A DNA stretch of 64,000 nt from Curvularia clavata. Taxonomy: Eukaryota. This document shows positions 1 to 13,842 of the stretch, piece after piece. How positions within the stretch are numbered: position 1 is the first letter of the stretch; every line of letters starts with the position of its first letter. The position numbers and the translations under genes are program-made. The DNA lies in assembly GCA_023920165.1 (NCBI GenBank), contig CP089276.1, positions 868,001 to 932,000 on the forward strand, given 5' to 3'. The notes under the pieces are model-generated. The model was given only the letters and a program-made list of their open reading frames with translations. It ran no database searches and was not told the DNA's origin.

Positions 1-1397
1 GGATGGTGCTTCCGTTGGCGGCCTGACCGCCGTACATGCGGATGTACTGCTGTCGGCGAGGATCCACCCACGTTGTCGTTCGTGTGTTGTGGTCAACAAA
101 GTAAGGTCGACCCTCGGGGGTATGGCGCTGCTCCCAACCAGACGGAAGCTCTCCTGTACCAGCAGTGGTTGCTCCCGTTGCCATCATGCTTGCGGCATTC
201 GCTGCTGAGCCGCTCGGTGGTGATGGTTGGCGCTCAGTGAGGGTAGGCGAATTGGCACCCGTCCGGTCCTCTGGTAACATACGGTTTTGATGTCGCATGC
301 GCTCCTGCTGGGTCTGCGCTGCTACGTCCCGGCGCTGGTCTGCTTCGTTAAAGCCTGCGCCTGGTCTAATCCAGGTGGTTTGCCTGGTATTGTGATCAAC
401 ATAGTATGTTCGCCCCAGGTGATCCTCCCGACGCTCCCAACCATTTGGCAGCCGTCCTTGGGCATCCTCGAAAGCGCTGTATGCACCGCCGGTATTGGTG
501 CGAGCCGGAGCCGCTCCATTGGGTGCAGGCCCAGGTCCAGCGGGGGGGCCAGTCGGTGCACCTGATTGAGGAGCTTGACTGACACGCTGGGGAGTCGACT
601 GGCCAGCGACCGACGATCGGTTACCCGGATATACATCAGCAGGGTGGAGGTTCGTGGTGGATTGTTGCGGGGTGGAGGCGGCGCCAGGGATGGCACCGTT
701 GGTGGAAGGATGCGGGGATGGGTTCGGGCGAGATGCATTCTGGCCCCCTTGAGAAATGGGAGTGGATAGGTTAGTAGAAAGGTTAAGAATGAGCTTGCCG
801 TGAACCACCATGTTGTCGTTTGACTTTTTGAGGTCTCGCGTAAGCATCTCTAAAACTAAGTTAGCATTGCATGTTCCGTGTCGCCTGATGTTGGAGCGTA
901 CCGTCGCCGCCAGCGTCAAGGTCTATTACCGACCCGATGCGGACGTTGATAACGCCCAGGAAGCCCTGGTCCTTCTTCTTGAACTTCTTCTGGTCAAAGA
1001 TCTGAACCGCCAGGACGCTGTCCTCGTTCACTCTCCTGTCTTGTGTGTTAGCGCGTGTGGATTGGTGGCGGGGCGCGGGACGTACATGTCGAAGCTCTCG
1101 TTCCAGTAGGGGTTCAGCGTCTTCTTGATGACGCTCGTGGTGCGCGTCTGCTCGCCATTGATGGTAGCAACGGCGAAGGGGTCGGGAAATCCTGTTGGAC
1201 GAGTATGAGCGACGCGACTTTGGATGTATCTTGGAGTGGGAGTATACGTACGAAACACATCGCGCTTGTAGAGGCCATCGGCGGCAATGACTGTGTGGTG
1301 TCAGTTTCTGGGTGAGCTCGACGAGGGGCGGTCGAGTGCATCTGAGGGAGTAAGACGTACTGGTGATGCGCAGGTTGGGCTGGCCTGCGCCGTCCAT
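1..1397 (-). CDS. RSP5: NEDD4-family HECT E3 ubiquitin ligase Rsp5/HulA, 5' part (C2 and WW domains; runs off the left edge)
   Basis: Spliced N-terminus [35 protein letters not shown]...[13 protein letters not shown]...[15 protein letters not shown] (C2 domain) across four GT-AG introns. WW repeat [31 protein letters not shown] near the window start. Confidence 0.96.
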
Positions 1398-2666
1398 GAT
1401 GCTGGGGGTGCGCAGTGAAGCAGCGCAGGATCAGGGCACAAGCAGTCGAACGAGGTGGCTGGGGTGCGTCTTGAGCGGCTCTCAGAGCTCGCCTGGTTGC
1501 AAAGAGAGGAAGATGGAGAGGGCGTGGAGCAGGCTCGTGGCGGGTGACGAGGATGGTGGTGGTGGTGGAGGAGGCTGTGCGTAGGGAACCGGCCGTGCGC
1601 CGCTGCAAAGGCAAATGCGACTGGCGTCGACGGTGCTTGCCCGGAGATGTCCCGGCCAGTGGGATGGGACCGTGTGTAATGGCTTATTCGGCGCGTTGTA
1701 ATCAGGGCGGGCCAGCAAAAAAAGATGCAAATTATCAGCAAGCTCTTTGGGTGGATGCTGTCTGCACTCGCTCGCTCGCTGCGGCGGCGGCGGCGGCTAG
1801 GCTGCTGTTGGGCACTGGCTGGGGCGTCAAGGGCTGCGAAGACCGGGCAATGGCTTGTGTTTGCTTGGCGCCTGCCCCGCAGCATGGACGGTAGTGGTAG
1901 TCGTCAACTGCGAACTGGTGGTGACGGTCAGGCTAACTCACCACGACACAGTCACGATACATGGCTACATACTACAGTAAACAGCACACAGCCGAGAGCC
2001 AGCGGATGCCCGGCCACGGCCAACAGCTCCGCCCTGCTGCCCGTCGACATCATGTCTGCGTTGCCGTCGACGACGACATGCGTCCCTCGCAGCGGGCATG
2101 CCGTCGATGATGTCAATCCAGGCCTGCCAACCAGGCCATCCATCACCACCAACTGCTTGCGGCGCCGCATCCACCTATGCCCCCCCAGAAAGCCTGCTGG
2201 TGCGCGTCAGCTCTTGTTTCGACTCACTCGGCACTGCTCAGCGCACCACGCCCCTCGTTTGCACAGTGTCAGGTGACGGCTTGTCTCAAACGCTTTGCAA
2301 ACAGCGTCGTCAAAGCATACACGACGCGCGCCACACCTGCAAGCCCCTGGTCGTGGCGCTAGGCACTCCGGCACCGCCACACGTCGTTATCGTCGTCGAC
2401 TCTGGGCCACCACGGCACACTGCTCTGCACTTGGTATCCGTGCCATCCGCTTCCGGTGCCCGTCGTGTCACAAAGCCTAGCACGGTCGGAAATCGCCACC
2501 TCAACAGTCTATATCCGACTCGGTGTGAACACGTTTCGCTCTAGTAATAGCCATCCCATTCCGCATACGTATGATACAACAAGCCAGCCCTTGTGCTCGC
2601 CAGACTCCGCTCTAGATGCCTCTCTATCCTATCCTGTTTGGTTTGGTTTCGCCCCGCCCAGCCCCA

Positions 2667-4646
2667 TTACTCCCTAAAACTATCCCCAATCTCCATCTTC
2701 CTCATGCCCAGCAATGCTCGGAGCTTGAGATATGTCTCATATCCACTCAGCTGCAACTCGACCCGCATGTATCTTGTCCAGGCTCCCAGCCAATAGAAGA
2801 AATTGCGAGGCCACAGCACCGACCCCGACAAGTTGTCCAAGCACTCTTCGTACACCGTGCGAGAGGCGTACCGTGCGAGGATAAGAAACGTGCGCACAGG
2901 TCCCTGGCGCGTGTGTAGACCCTCGTCTAGTGAGCGTGCTGATGGGCCAAAATGTTAGCCAGGCTGACTACGCAATATTCAAAGGAAACTTACTCAAATC
3001 ATTCGTCTTGAGAATGAGGAGAATAACACGAGGCACCTGACCCAGCAGCTCAATCAGGCTCTCAATCAGCCCTTCGCCCAGCGCATCTCCGATAACCTTC
3101 TTCTCTTCACTCGTCCTTGATGTCATGACACCTCCGCCCCCGTTTTCCTTCTTGGCCAGTACCGTGTAGTCTCTGCCCGTGATAGCCGATGCAAACAGTG
3201 GGAAATGCTCATCCTTGATACCCGCTACTTCATACGCATACTTCCTCATCCCCGCCTCATCAGCGTCTAGCACAGCAAGCCAGAGCTTGGCGTAGTTGCG
3301 GCGCAAAGGCATCGGAATGTCGCGGTACAGTCCGTGATCGTACAGGACAACATCGAAATTGTGCCTGCTGCCGCGATTGGCATTGTACCGGATGGCAATG
3401 TTTCCTCCATGGGGATCGCAGTGCAGCGGTGCATTCTTGCCAAAAATCATCTCGTTGAATATCCGTGCTAGCGCCGCAGACACCTCGTCACGGTCGATGC
3501 CATGCTCATCCAAGCTCTTGAGATCGTCGGTGCGGAAACCAGACACATACTCCATGACTAGCATGCGCCGCTTTGCCCAAAGCACCTCGGGTATGATGAC
3601 CGGTACATCGCGGACGTGCGAGAAGTACTCACGTGCACGCATGGCATTCTTGCCCTCGAGTGTGAAATCCAGCTCTTGCGGAAGGGACTGCTCCATTTCG
3701 TCCGATAGCCATGTCAGGTCGTACTCAGGAAACCACCGCTTGAGAGTGGCAAAGGAGAAGCTCGTCAGCGCCAGATCGAGCCTCGCCCATTCGTCCAAAG
3801 CAGGGTGTTGCACTTTGACAGCGACCTTCTGGCCAGTTGCGCGTACTGTCGCCCGGTGCACTTGAGCGAGCGACGCCGCACCTATGGGCAGCTCTTCAAA
3901 CTCGGAGAAGAAGTCAAAAAGCTCCCGGCCCGTATCTTGCCGGCACATTTCTTGAATCGACTCGAAAGACGATACAGGACACTTGTCTTGTAGCGGAATA
4001 AAGGTATCACACCATTCGTTGGGTAGCAGATAGTTCATGCTGCTCAGATGTTGTCCCAGCTTGATAAAAATAGAGCCGTTCTTCTCGAGCGTGCGGAGGG
4101 TGCGTTTGGCGCATCGCAGGTGACAGGCCTTGAGCTGCTCGTTGTAATCTGGCTCGTCGTCGAGCTTGAGCACATGGCGGTAGCTACGCAGAAAGAAGGG
4201 TATTAGCTACCGGGCCATGTCCATAGACTACTACTACAATCAACATACTCTCTGATATTGAGCACCAGTGTAGAAACTACACGGTAACTCCTCTGTGCCG
4301 CCACATAGACATGTCTGGCATCTTCATTGACTGCAATTGCTGTTGCGCCGACAACCACTCCGCCTCCTATCAGGACCAGTCTTCTCCGTCTCTTGCTGCT
4401 CTTCGCATTCCTTCCCGCAGCTTTGGCCGCATCGCCTGCACTCGCACTCGCGCTCTCGTTTGCGCTGCTTGCAAACGCCCTCTGCGCACCAATCCTACTC
4501 GCCAGGCTGTTTTCTCTAGCCCTTGTGCCCCATTGCTGCCATGAACCCTGTCGTTGCGGGATCGTCTGTCGTTGCGATCGTATACAGGCTCGGCACGTCC
4601 ACGTCCTTCGGAGGAGTGGAGAAGAGAGAGCGCTTAAAGTCGACAT
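2667..4646 (-). CDS. ABC1/UbiB/ADCK-family atypical kinase (ADCK1/Mcp2-like, probably mitochondrial), 2 introns
   Basis: Motifs FIKLGQHLSS, IGAASLAQVH, VAVKVQHP, ELDF..EG.N, LHCDPHGGN, LYDHGLY. Arg/Ser-rich presequence-like N-terminus followed by a TM segment. Confidence 0.92.
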
Positions 4647-4881
4647 TATGCGTAGCTCATGGCCGGCGAGGCGCGGAGCATTGCAGGTGCAAAGGGGGGG
4701 AGGTGGTTGCTCGAGCAGAAAACTCCAAAAGCGAATGGCACGCCGTGGCCCTCCGTTTCTAGCCACAATGTTCGTCGGTCGACTTTTTTTCCATCCAGAC
4801 GTAGCGCGAATCGGATCGCTGCAGACGCAGACCCTGGTCCGTTTGCGGCCACCATCGACACTACCGAACCGCCTCCAGACG

Positions 4882-4929
4882 GCACTGCACTGCACTGCAC
4901 TGCACTGCACCGCACCACACCACGCCACC
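4882..4929. repeat. (GCACT)n pentanucleotide microsatellite decaying into CAC repeats
   Basis: gcactgcactgcactgcactgcactgcaccgcaccacaccacgccacc read directly. Confidence 0.9.
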
Positions 4930-5291
4930 TCATGCACATATTATATATACAGATACAGACACATGTGTGCCTGGGAATTTGCTTAGTTTTTCTTTCAGTA
5001 ATGCCAAGCATTTAGCAAAAACATTATACTACTGAGATATATATGCACGAGGAATAGTATCAAACTGCCGTCCTCCTACGGGTATAAGCCGCTTCTCCCC
5101 CAAAGTATCAGTCTATCCTTCAAACGCCAAGAATATTCCGCAACTGCCTTTACCCAGTCATGAACACGTGAGCAATTTTTATCATATCCCTCGTATCGAT
5201 TTCGTGAGCATGCCTCCTCCTTTGTTCGACGCAAACATACTGCCAAAAGTTGAATGTCCCTGTCTACAAAAGCCACATTTTGTATCCTTCT

Positions 5292-8200
5292 CTACATGTC
5301 TACTGTTTCGTTGAAACAGAGTACGCCATCGCCTCTCATATATCCATCAACACCCTCTGGAGTCGTTTGCCTGCGTGGGTTTGCGACGTGAAGGTTCCCG
5401 GGCTGCGCAACGTTTTCGCTAGGGGAATCCGTAATATCCGTAACGAGAACGAGGCCGGCCGTCTTGATGGATTCAATTAGGGCAGGGGCGAGTGACTAGA
5501 CACAATTAGCCGTCGAACCATTTATCTAGGCACAAGAACTCACCAGCAGACGAGAGCTGCATATCAAACCCATGAAATTGTTGTCCCTTGCAATTTGCAC
5601 TGCTTCCTTCACAGATATCCTCGTGCGGCCGCTGCTCTGCACAATGTGCGTGTTTCCAGATGGCGACCGTGAGCTGTCCGCACCGAGCTCATTGCAGAGC
5701 AAGACTGGGTCTGTTTCCAAGTTAGCATTAGCCGTGCCGACTTGCTTGAAGAATACTTACAGTTAGGCTGCTTCCAGTTAATGACAGTGCAGATATCCTG
5801 ATTGAAAGAGCTGAAGAGCACACTCCTAAGTGTACCATCAATCTCACCCGCTCCCTGCGCCCTCAAATGGCGAGCGTGTTCAAACACCACAGACAAAATC
5901 TTGTCCGCAAACGTATTCATGTCAAGCGTTGGACCAAGCTTGAGAGTCTCTTCTTCGAGTTTGGAGGGGAAAAGAACGTGTAACTCAACGTGGATGTAAG
6001 CCGGAAGCGCTGCCAAGGCGTCCTTCAGAGTGATGAAGGAGGACGCCATAACTTGATAGATACTGGGCAGATCCTCCGGACTGGCATTGCTCAGCTCCCT
6101 AGCGAGCTGCTCTGCAGTTACAGCAGCTTGCTGAGACCCAATGGCAGAAAATTGCGCATGTGTCAGGATGTTGACTGGAACCTCGAGGCCATGGTGGTCG
6201 ACTTTCCACTGCGGATGCAGCACTGGGATACCGTCCGCCGTTAGCTGGACGAACAATCGGACGTATTCACCGGATAGGCTTGACCCAGTAATCAGAGTAT
6301 GCGGCTGGGAATCGAGTTGACTGGTCGCCTTCCAGTATGTGGCGAAATGCGTAATCTCTAGTGGTATGCCATGGAAGGGTTTGACAACTTGAAAGTCAAA
6401 AGTGACCCTGCCAATTGCACGAAGCCTGGGATCAAACAATTCAAGATGCCATCGTCCTGTGCTTTTAGAACGCCCTGTGAACACTTCTGAGGAAGCTACA
6501 CTCCGAGCAATGACCTTCGATCCTATTGTTGGGTACACGTCGAAGTCTATGGAGAAAGCGTCTAAGTTCTCAATTTGGAAGGAGATGACCTTGAATTCGT
6601 CCTGGATAGGCAGCAAAAGGTTGCGTGGTATGAGGTCAGAGCTCTTTGACGAAATTGTGAGTCTTGCGGCTGGGTACTTGGATTCGTCGTAGAAGCGAAT
6701 TGCATCTTTGCCAACCTTGTCGAAATTGATGACCACGAATGTCTTAGTGTCAAGGAAGTTGTGTCCGTATCGTCGGAATGGAATGATCGGCGGGGGCAGG
6801 ATGAATTCGGGGATGCCGTCAGGGTCGCCTTCTATGTCCATGGCCGTGGGCATCGAGCTAGGCATTTGCGAAGAGATCTGCGGAGAAGCTTGTTTCTGTG
6901 TCATCAGTCCAACACCACGACCTACAGAGGCAAGTAGTGTCATGCATTCAATATGGCCTTCCCATGTCGCATAGTACATGGCAGACAGGCCCTTCTCGTC
7001 GACAATGTCCACGTCGACTCCGCATTGGAGCAAAGTCTTCAGGCATTCTACGTGCCCTTCACTTGCCGCGTGGAACAGTGGTGTCCATTGATAGAGCTTG
7101 TCTGTTTGGTCAAGATCGGCGCCATACTTTTGTAGCAAGAGCAGCGCCTCTGGTGTCTTTCCCGATCTTGCCACCAGATGTTGTGGAAACAGTCCCTCTG
7201 CGTCTGGAAGCATCTCGGCAGATCTCTGTAGAAGAAGCTCCAATATCTCTAGTGATGCGTATTGGCATGCGAGGTTGAGCGGTACATGCTCCCCAGGCCC
7301 TAGGCGAGTGAGATCAGCGCCTTGTGAGAGAAGAATCTGCACACAGGCAAGCTTTGAATGCACAATTGCATGTATCAGCGGCGTAAAGCTGTCTTGGTCG
7401 CGAAAGTTTATCGTATCCGGGGCGGTGTTGATGAGTTCCTGGACCAGTTCTACATGCCCATGCATGCAGGCATAATGCAGTGGTATCCTGCCGTATACGT
7501 CTGTGGCATGAGCATCTACGTTACTGGCAAGGCCAAGTCTGAGCACTTCAATACGCCCGCTGATGGAAGCTTTGTGCAGACAGTTTCGCTCATTGATTTC
7601 GTCTTCTTGTGCAAGGTTGACCAGATTGGAGTCAAGAAGTGGTTTCAGAGCAGATTCTGGGGCTTCTGCAACGGTACTCAGGAAGGCCCTGGAGATGTGT
7701 TCGCGAGCATCGGGAAGTGCAGATAGACGCGTGAGGCATTCTTGAATTTTGCCTTGGTTCGCAGTGTTGATGGCTTGTACGAACTGGTTGTCGAGCTCGA
7801 TCTTTGCGTCGAAGGCGGGTTCGGAGACACGTGGTTCAGTTGCACTCTGAGGCGCTTGCATTCCTTCACCTTCGGCCCATCCGGAAAAGTCAAAGAGGGC
7901 CTGGGTCGCCTGGTCGGAGAGTGTGCTGATGACTTCCCGGTTGAAGCATGGTTGGACTTCGACGGCGCGCGCAAGGTAAAGCTGTTTTTCTCTTGACTGT
8001 CATCGAGGTCAACCAGGGTTCACAAGTGTCCATAGATTGTTGACAGACCTTTGATGTTTTGTCCCACTGGCAAGGGTTAGCAAAGATGCAACAATACAAT
8101 CAGACAAGAAGGTTGAGTATACCTTTTTGAGGATTTTGGAGAAGGCAGTCTCATTCACTTCGACAAATTGCTAAGTCAGGTCAGTTTCGGCAAAAACCCC

Positions 8201-8914
8201 CAAGTGCATGTGGGCCAATCACCTCGAGCTTATTGAGATCCATGCTAAACTGTTTTAGGCCCTCTTCGAGGGCAACGTAGCGCGAGGATGTCTTGGAGAC
8301 AGACTGCGGATGTTGCTGCATTACTCTCTTCTTGTCCAGAAGGGTGTTCAAGCGTAGGCGCAACTACGGCTTTGGTGAGCAAGTACCAATTCACAATTTA
8401 CGAGAGACATACCTCTGCCTCTTTTTGCAAGTAGAAGGTATTGACCTTCTCAAGTTCACGTTCCTGTACGCATTGTCAAAAGTCTGGCCTAGAGATTGGC
8501 GGGCACTATACTGCCTACCACTCTGAAGAAGAAGGTGGCCTTGTTTGCCTGTAATGAGGTCTGCGGATCGATCGACTCATGACTGCCCCCTTCGCTCTGT
8601 GGTGGGATGACTGGAGTGGCGCTAAGTTTCTTGATAAGCTACACAAAAACCTATCAGCTACCGTGGTTGTAAAAAAACAAAAATGCAATTGGAAAGTAGG
8701 ACGACCTTCTTGAGCGCCTTGTAGTCGACAAAGCTAGCGGCATATTCTGGAATCTCCAGCTGTCTTTTCTGGATGTGCTTGCCAAACTTCCTGGTGAAGC
8801 GTGCAGAGTCAGTAGTGTCTTCCTTTGACGCAAGACTGGTGGATGAGGCTTTCTTGTTCAACACCACCAAGGGGCGGGGTTGAAGGGTGTCCATATGAGG
8901 GGGGAGACGTACAT
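5292..8914 (-). CDS. nuc-2: SPX-ankyrin-GDPD-like CDK inhibitor NUC-2/Pho81 (phosphate sensing), multi-exon
   Basis: SPX start MKFGKHIQKRQLEIPEYAASFVDYKALKK, with ATG formed across intron 8791-8912. Ankyrin repeats (GRIPLHYACMHG, TPLIHA, WTPLFHAASEGH), PPPIIPFRRYGHNFLD motif, C-terminus ...GVLCFNETVDM* at 5292. Confidence 0.93.
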
Positions 8915-10268
8915 TGTGCTAGCAGTAAGTAAAAAAACAAGAGCAGTGTTCTCGAAGCCTCACGGCAATGCGGGTATGATGCACAGGCGACAGAGGTTAG
9001 CCTGGATCGCAGGGCAGATCTGGCCATACAGGTTCTGCAGTGACAGGCGTGTGGCCGTGGGACAGCAGCCTATTCGGCAGTGGGGACCTGGAAAACAAGG
9101 ACAAATTGAGGAGAGGGGTCGGTGGTGAGAGCCCTGGCGGTAACCGTGCGTACTTGTCAGGCAAGTTTGAGAGGTGAAGTCACTCGGGGCGCGGCTGCTG
9201 GTACCCTGCAGAGGAACGGATTGCGTCCAGAGGGCTCGCTTGGATCGCGACGGGCAAGGGAGTGACGGCGATTTGGAAGATGCCGAACGAGGAGCCGAGG
9301 CTTCAGCAGGGCGTGCCGGTGACTTGTTCTAGAAAGGGCCACGAGACGAGGTTGAGCATAATACGCTGGCAAAAGTGGGAGCAGAGAGAGCCCATGTCGT
9401 TCACACAACAGACGGTGTACTGACGAATCAGAGGGCGTAGAGGCGCCACGAGGTTCAGTAACTGCTCGAGCACTGATGTCCGCACGTCGAGAGCGTTAGG
9501 CAGAGCAGGGGGTGCGACGGCCGGATCCGGCTATTCTACCGAGCCCTAGCGCCGTTGCCCGGTTACGTAAGGATGTCGCGCGCGCTGCCAGTCCCAGTCC
9601 CCTAGCTCAGACGGGCAGCTTAACCGCGGCTGCCACCCATCGACTCGACGACAGCACCGGTAGACATGGTCGGTGACGACTTGCACCTGGATCCGCGGAG
9701 AAACGCACTCAAGTGCCCTGTTTTGGTCAGACGGCATCGTCATACACTGTGTCAACTGCCTTGCACGAGGCACTACCTGCTCTTGTACAGGCGCACCGTG
9801 GAACGGCCCGGCTGCACGGTCAAACGCGCATGCGCAGTAGCCGCCAGACAGGCATCGGGGAAATCATAGTGGCAGGTAACCATGTTTCTTCTTCTCTTTT
9901 GAGAGATGGCGTTGCCTTGTACGTCAGCCAGCAGCGCTCCCTCTCCCTTTTTTACTATCTGCGAACCAAGCCAAGCTACCTCCAGGCCGACCATGTGTCC
10001 ATGCATCAAGCGAACAAATGAAAGGTCTATAGGGTATTAGACCAGAACGAACCCAACCTTGCCTGCTCGAAACTCTGACCGTGCCACAAATTCGCATGCT
10101 TCCTATCCCACTAAACACCAACACCCCCTCTTGAACCTTCCTTCACAGTCCATACATGTCCCATCCGTCAAGGTCATTCGAGTGCTTACTGCTCCCAGAC
10201 TCGTTGGGAGCGCTTTGAGCGTCGTAGGGCGTACGCGTAGCCACATTTGCCTCCAGCTCGACGTCAAG

Positions 10269-13200
10269 TCACAATTCGTCGTCGTCCATCTCCGAGGGCT
10301 TCAGCAGTCCACCGACCTTCATGGCACGCTCACGCTCTTGCTCCTTGGCCGTCTTCGCTGCTTGCTCGCGCTCTTCGGCATAGAGCTCAGCATTGTCTCC
10401 AGAGAACTCCTTCAAAGAAATCAGGAAGTCGCGAAGGATGATCTTGAACCGGTTCAGATCAGAGTTGGTGGCAAACAGTCCGTCAATGAACGATGCAATT
10501 TGAGCACTACACCTTGTCAGTAAGCATTTCAACAAACACTAGGAACAACGTACGTTTGTAGGTTAGGGAACGCAGTGGCCAGCAAGTTACCAACAAAGTT
10601 GCGCAAGAACTCCCGGTTTGGTGTACCTGCTGGCGCCATATCCGGCGACGTGTAAATTGGGCCCTGAAGTTTATCCGAGTCAACAAGCCAGAACAACTTG
10701 GCGAGCAACATTGACTGTGACTTGAAACCAGCCTTGTGATCGCTGTCAGTGACAACAAAGAAGACATCCTGGAGAATGGTAGTGAAGAACGTTTGGAAGA
10801 ACGCGTTGCAAGTCTGCTGGTCGGTTTCGGCCATGTTGGAGATAAGTTCGAAGCACATGGAAAGACCTGCGCTCTCAACCTCGCGGTTGTCGTGCTTACT
10901 GGCCCACATGCATGAGTCGATGACAAACTTGAAGGATCGGGCATCCAGACGTAACAGAGCCGGGAAGCAGCGGAGGTTGATGGTACGGAGAAGCTTGAAA
11001 AACTCGACGCGGTGCTCAGGGTACTCGGAGAAGTCCTTGTTGATCATGTCCAATGTGCACTCGAATACACTGTCCATGATGTTGATGATTTGATCTTCCA
11101 TCATACCCTGGGAAATTGTTAGCATACAATCTGGGGAGTGGCTGAGCGAGTCCAACCATGTGCTTGCTCAGATTGGGTCTCCAACGTACATGTAGTTTGT
11201 TGATGATGGTAGTCATCACGTTCAACACTTCTGCTTCACGAGCATCCGGCACGTTGTTCTTGTAATCGATCAAGACGGCTTCCAAGAGCTTCGGTACAAT
11301 GTTGTTGTGAATCATCTCCAGGTCGTCGGCTTTCTCGACGTATGTGTTGATGAGCTTCAGAATCTCCTTCTTGATGGTGCGGAGACCGCGCACCTTGGGC
11401 ATCTTGGTCGCAATGTTGCCCTCCCGCTGAACCGCTTCATCGATGAGCTGTGAACTCGCGCGATACATTGTCAGCATGTCAAAGTAGATGCGGCCGATCT
11501 GTGGGTAGAAGTAGGATCCAATCGATCCACATGCTGCAACATTAGTCTTCATGATGTTACCAACAATCTTGATGACCTCGGCATCCTGGAGGCAGGCAGG
11601 GTTCTGGTTGGCTTGGGCAATGATGTTGTCCCAAGCTGAGTTGGGCAGAGCCATCAAATCGGCAATGAGACGCTCCTGCATGCTCTTTTGTCCTTGGGCG
11701 CTGATCATGTAGCCACAGGCCTCGTAGAATGTGTGTACTTGTTGAGGCGAGAGGTCAGCGGTAATCTTTCTCAGATTGCGCACAATTTCATCAATGAAGG
11801 GTTCCGTCTCTCCAGGCTGGAGCGCGACAAAGTGTCTTCGACACTTGTTTGCAATCTTGATAAAAGTGTCACAAGCCATGTCCTGCACACCTTCGTGGGT
11901 CTCGTGCATAAACTCGAACAGCTTGTTGACGACAGTCTTGAGGAATTTCCAGTGAGCCTTAAGGAATCGAGGGTACTGGCCGACAATGTACATGATGTTA
12001 CTGGCGACGACGGCCTTGTTGTCTTTTCCTCGCTTCATCTCAGTCAGGCCCAAGAGATCCTTGATTACAGTTACCAAGAACCTCTTTTCTGTCTCCTCGT
12101 TCATGGCACCGGAGATCGAACCAATGGCCCAGCAGAGAGTGTTGCAGTTGGCCCATGACCATTCCGAACCATCGACCTGGCGAGCTAGCTTCTCTGACAT
12201 GATCTGTTCGGTATCGTTGACATCCAAGTGTGTAAGGAAGACAAGACATTCTCGAGTCGACTTGTACAGCTGGATTGTATCGCTCTCCTTGACGAATTCA
12301 CGAACGATCTCGCCCTCGTCATTCTCGACAATGAGAACCTCTTCGGGTCTGACCATCTTCTCGATCATGACAGTCCTGAGATTGGAGAGAATCTCGGTGT
12401 ACTTGTTCTTTCTCAGGGGGTAATTGGCCAACTCGCGGCCTCCATTTCCAGGAATGCCCATGTTCAAGAGAGGGTTCATGTCCGTGATGGGAAGCGCCTG
12501 CATCTCATCGTACAGCTCAGAGACCAGCTTGGTCCAGTATTCCAGGCAAATCTTGAAGACCTCACGATCATCGATCTGACTGATACGGATAAGATAAAAG
12601 TGTCCGTGTGTGAGGAAGTCCCTGTTCATTAGGTTCTCGATGACGCTGAGGTGCATTGTGAAAAAGTTGGTAAGGAACAGGGCGAGGTTCAGCACGAACT
12701 CCTGGTCTCGGCTGTTGCTGGACGAGTATGTGCTCTTCAGGTCGAGCGAGAGCGGGATAATCTTGGAGATTGCCGTCAAGGTTTCGGTGAACATTGATAC
12801 GAGCTTGTCATCATATGCGGGCTCTGTGTGCAGACCAGCGATCTCTGTGAGACACTTTAAAGTGATGTTGCGGAAGTCGGGCACCTCGAGGAATCGACTT
12901 CGCAGCGTCTCGATCAGACTTTGGCCGCTGGGTGGCGTCTCGAAGATGTAACCTAGCGGGATCCAGTTGAGGAAGCGTAACAGGGTTTCCAAAGTTGCCT
13001 TGATGAGCGAGGCTTCGGTAGCCGTGCGTAGGACCTCTGAGCAGAGCTGGTAGATGGCGGTGAACTCGTCGCACATGCTCTGCTTCAGTTCCCTTCGCTT
13101 GGCCGAGGTCATCTGCTCTTCGGAGTAGTCAAAGACCTCCTCGGAGAGCAGGCGCAAAATGACCATGTTGTTCTCGCATATTCCCAGGCTGCTATGGCAT

Positions 13201-13842
13201 GACGATATGATTTCGTTGATGAACGTCGGCCAGTTGTGGGGCCACTCCTGCTTCAGGACGGAGACGAGGACGAGGTTGAGCTTGTTGAGGAGGGTACGCT
13301 CGGCGCGGCGGGTATCGTCGTTGTTGGAGAGTTGGATAATAAAGTTGACGATAAAGTTACGGATGCCTACGTGGTGAGCACGGTTGCGAAGACTATATTC
13401 TTCTCAGACATACCTTGACATTGGTCGCGGGGAAGCACCTTCCATCTTGTCATGATGACATTGTCAAGGACTTGGAGACCCAGGTCTGCTCTGGTTATTA
13501 GTGCCATGTCTTAAGCCTTGCACTACGCCACTATTTTTGCACTCACACTTGGTCTGCGGATACTGCGCATCAGAAAGGATTTTGTCGACCAGAAGCCACG
13601 CGTCAGGGTTTTCTTTGAACTATGCAGGTGTCAGCTGGACGAGCCCGTTCTGCGTCTATGGGAGCAAGGATGCCTACCTGGTTCAGCGTAGCTTGGGCTT
13701 GTTTTTGCTATGAAGTGAGTGCGTCAGCTATGCTCTATATACCTAATATGTAGTCAGAAAGCACAAGAGGGCATACCGTGTCGCCGCGGCCCTCGTAGAA
13801 GGCGCGCACTGTGGCGTCGAGCTCTTCAATTGACATGGACAT
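10269..13842 (-). CDS. CRM1: Exportin-1 CRM1/Xpo1 (KapK), multi-exon
   Basis: Start [98 protein letters not shown]-terminus [11 protein letters not shown]...[14 protein letters not shown]. Confidence 0.98.

Noticed and set aside
13709..13776. First CRM1 intron contains an internal CTGAC..TAG|GTATAT that looks like two abutting introns
   Set aside because: Each half would be only about 35 nt, probably too short to splice; one canonical intron explains the frame.
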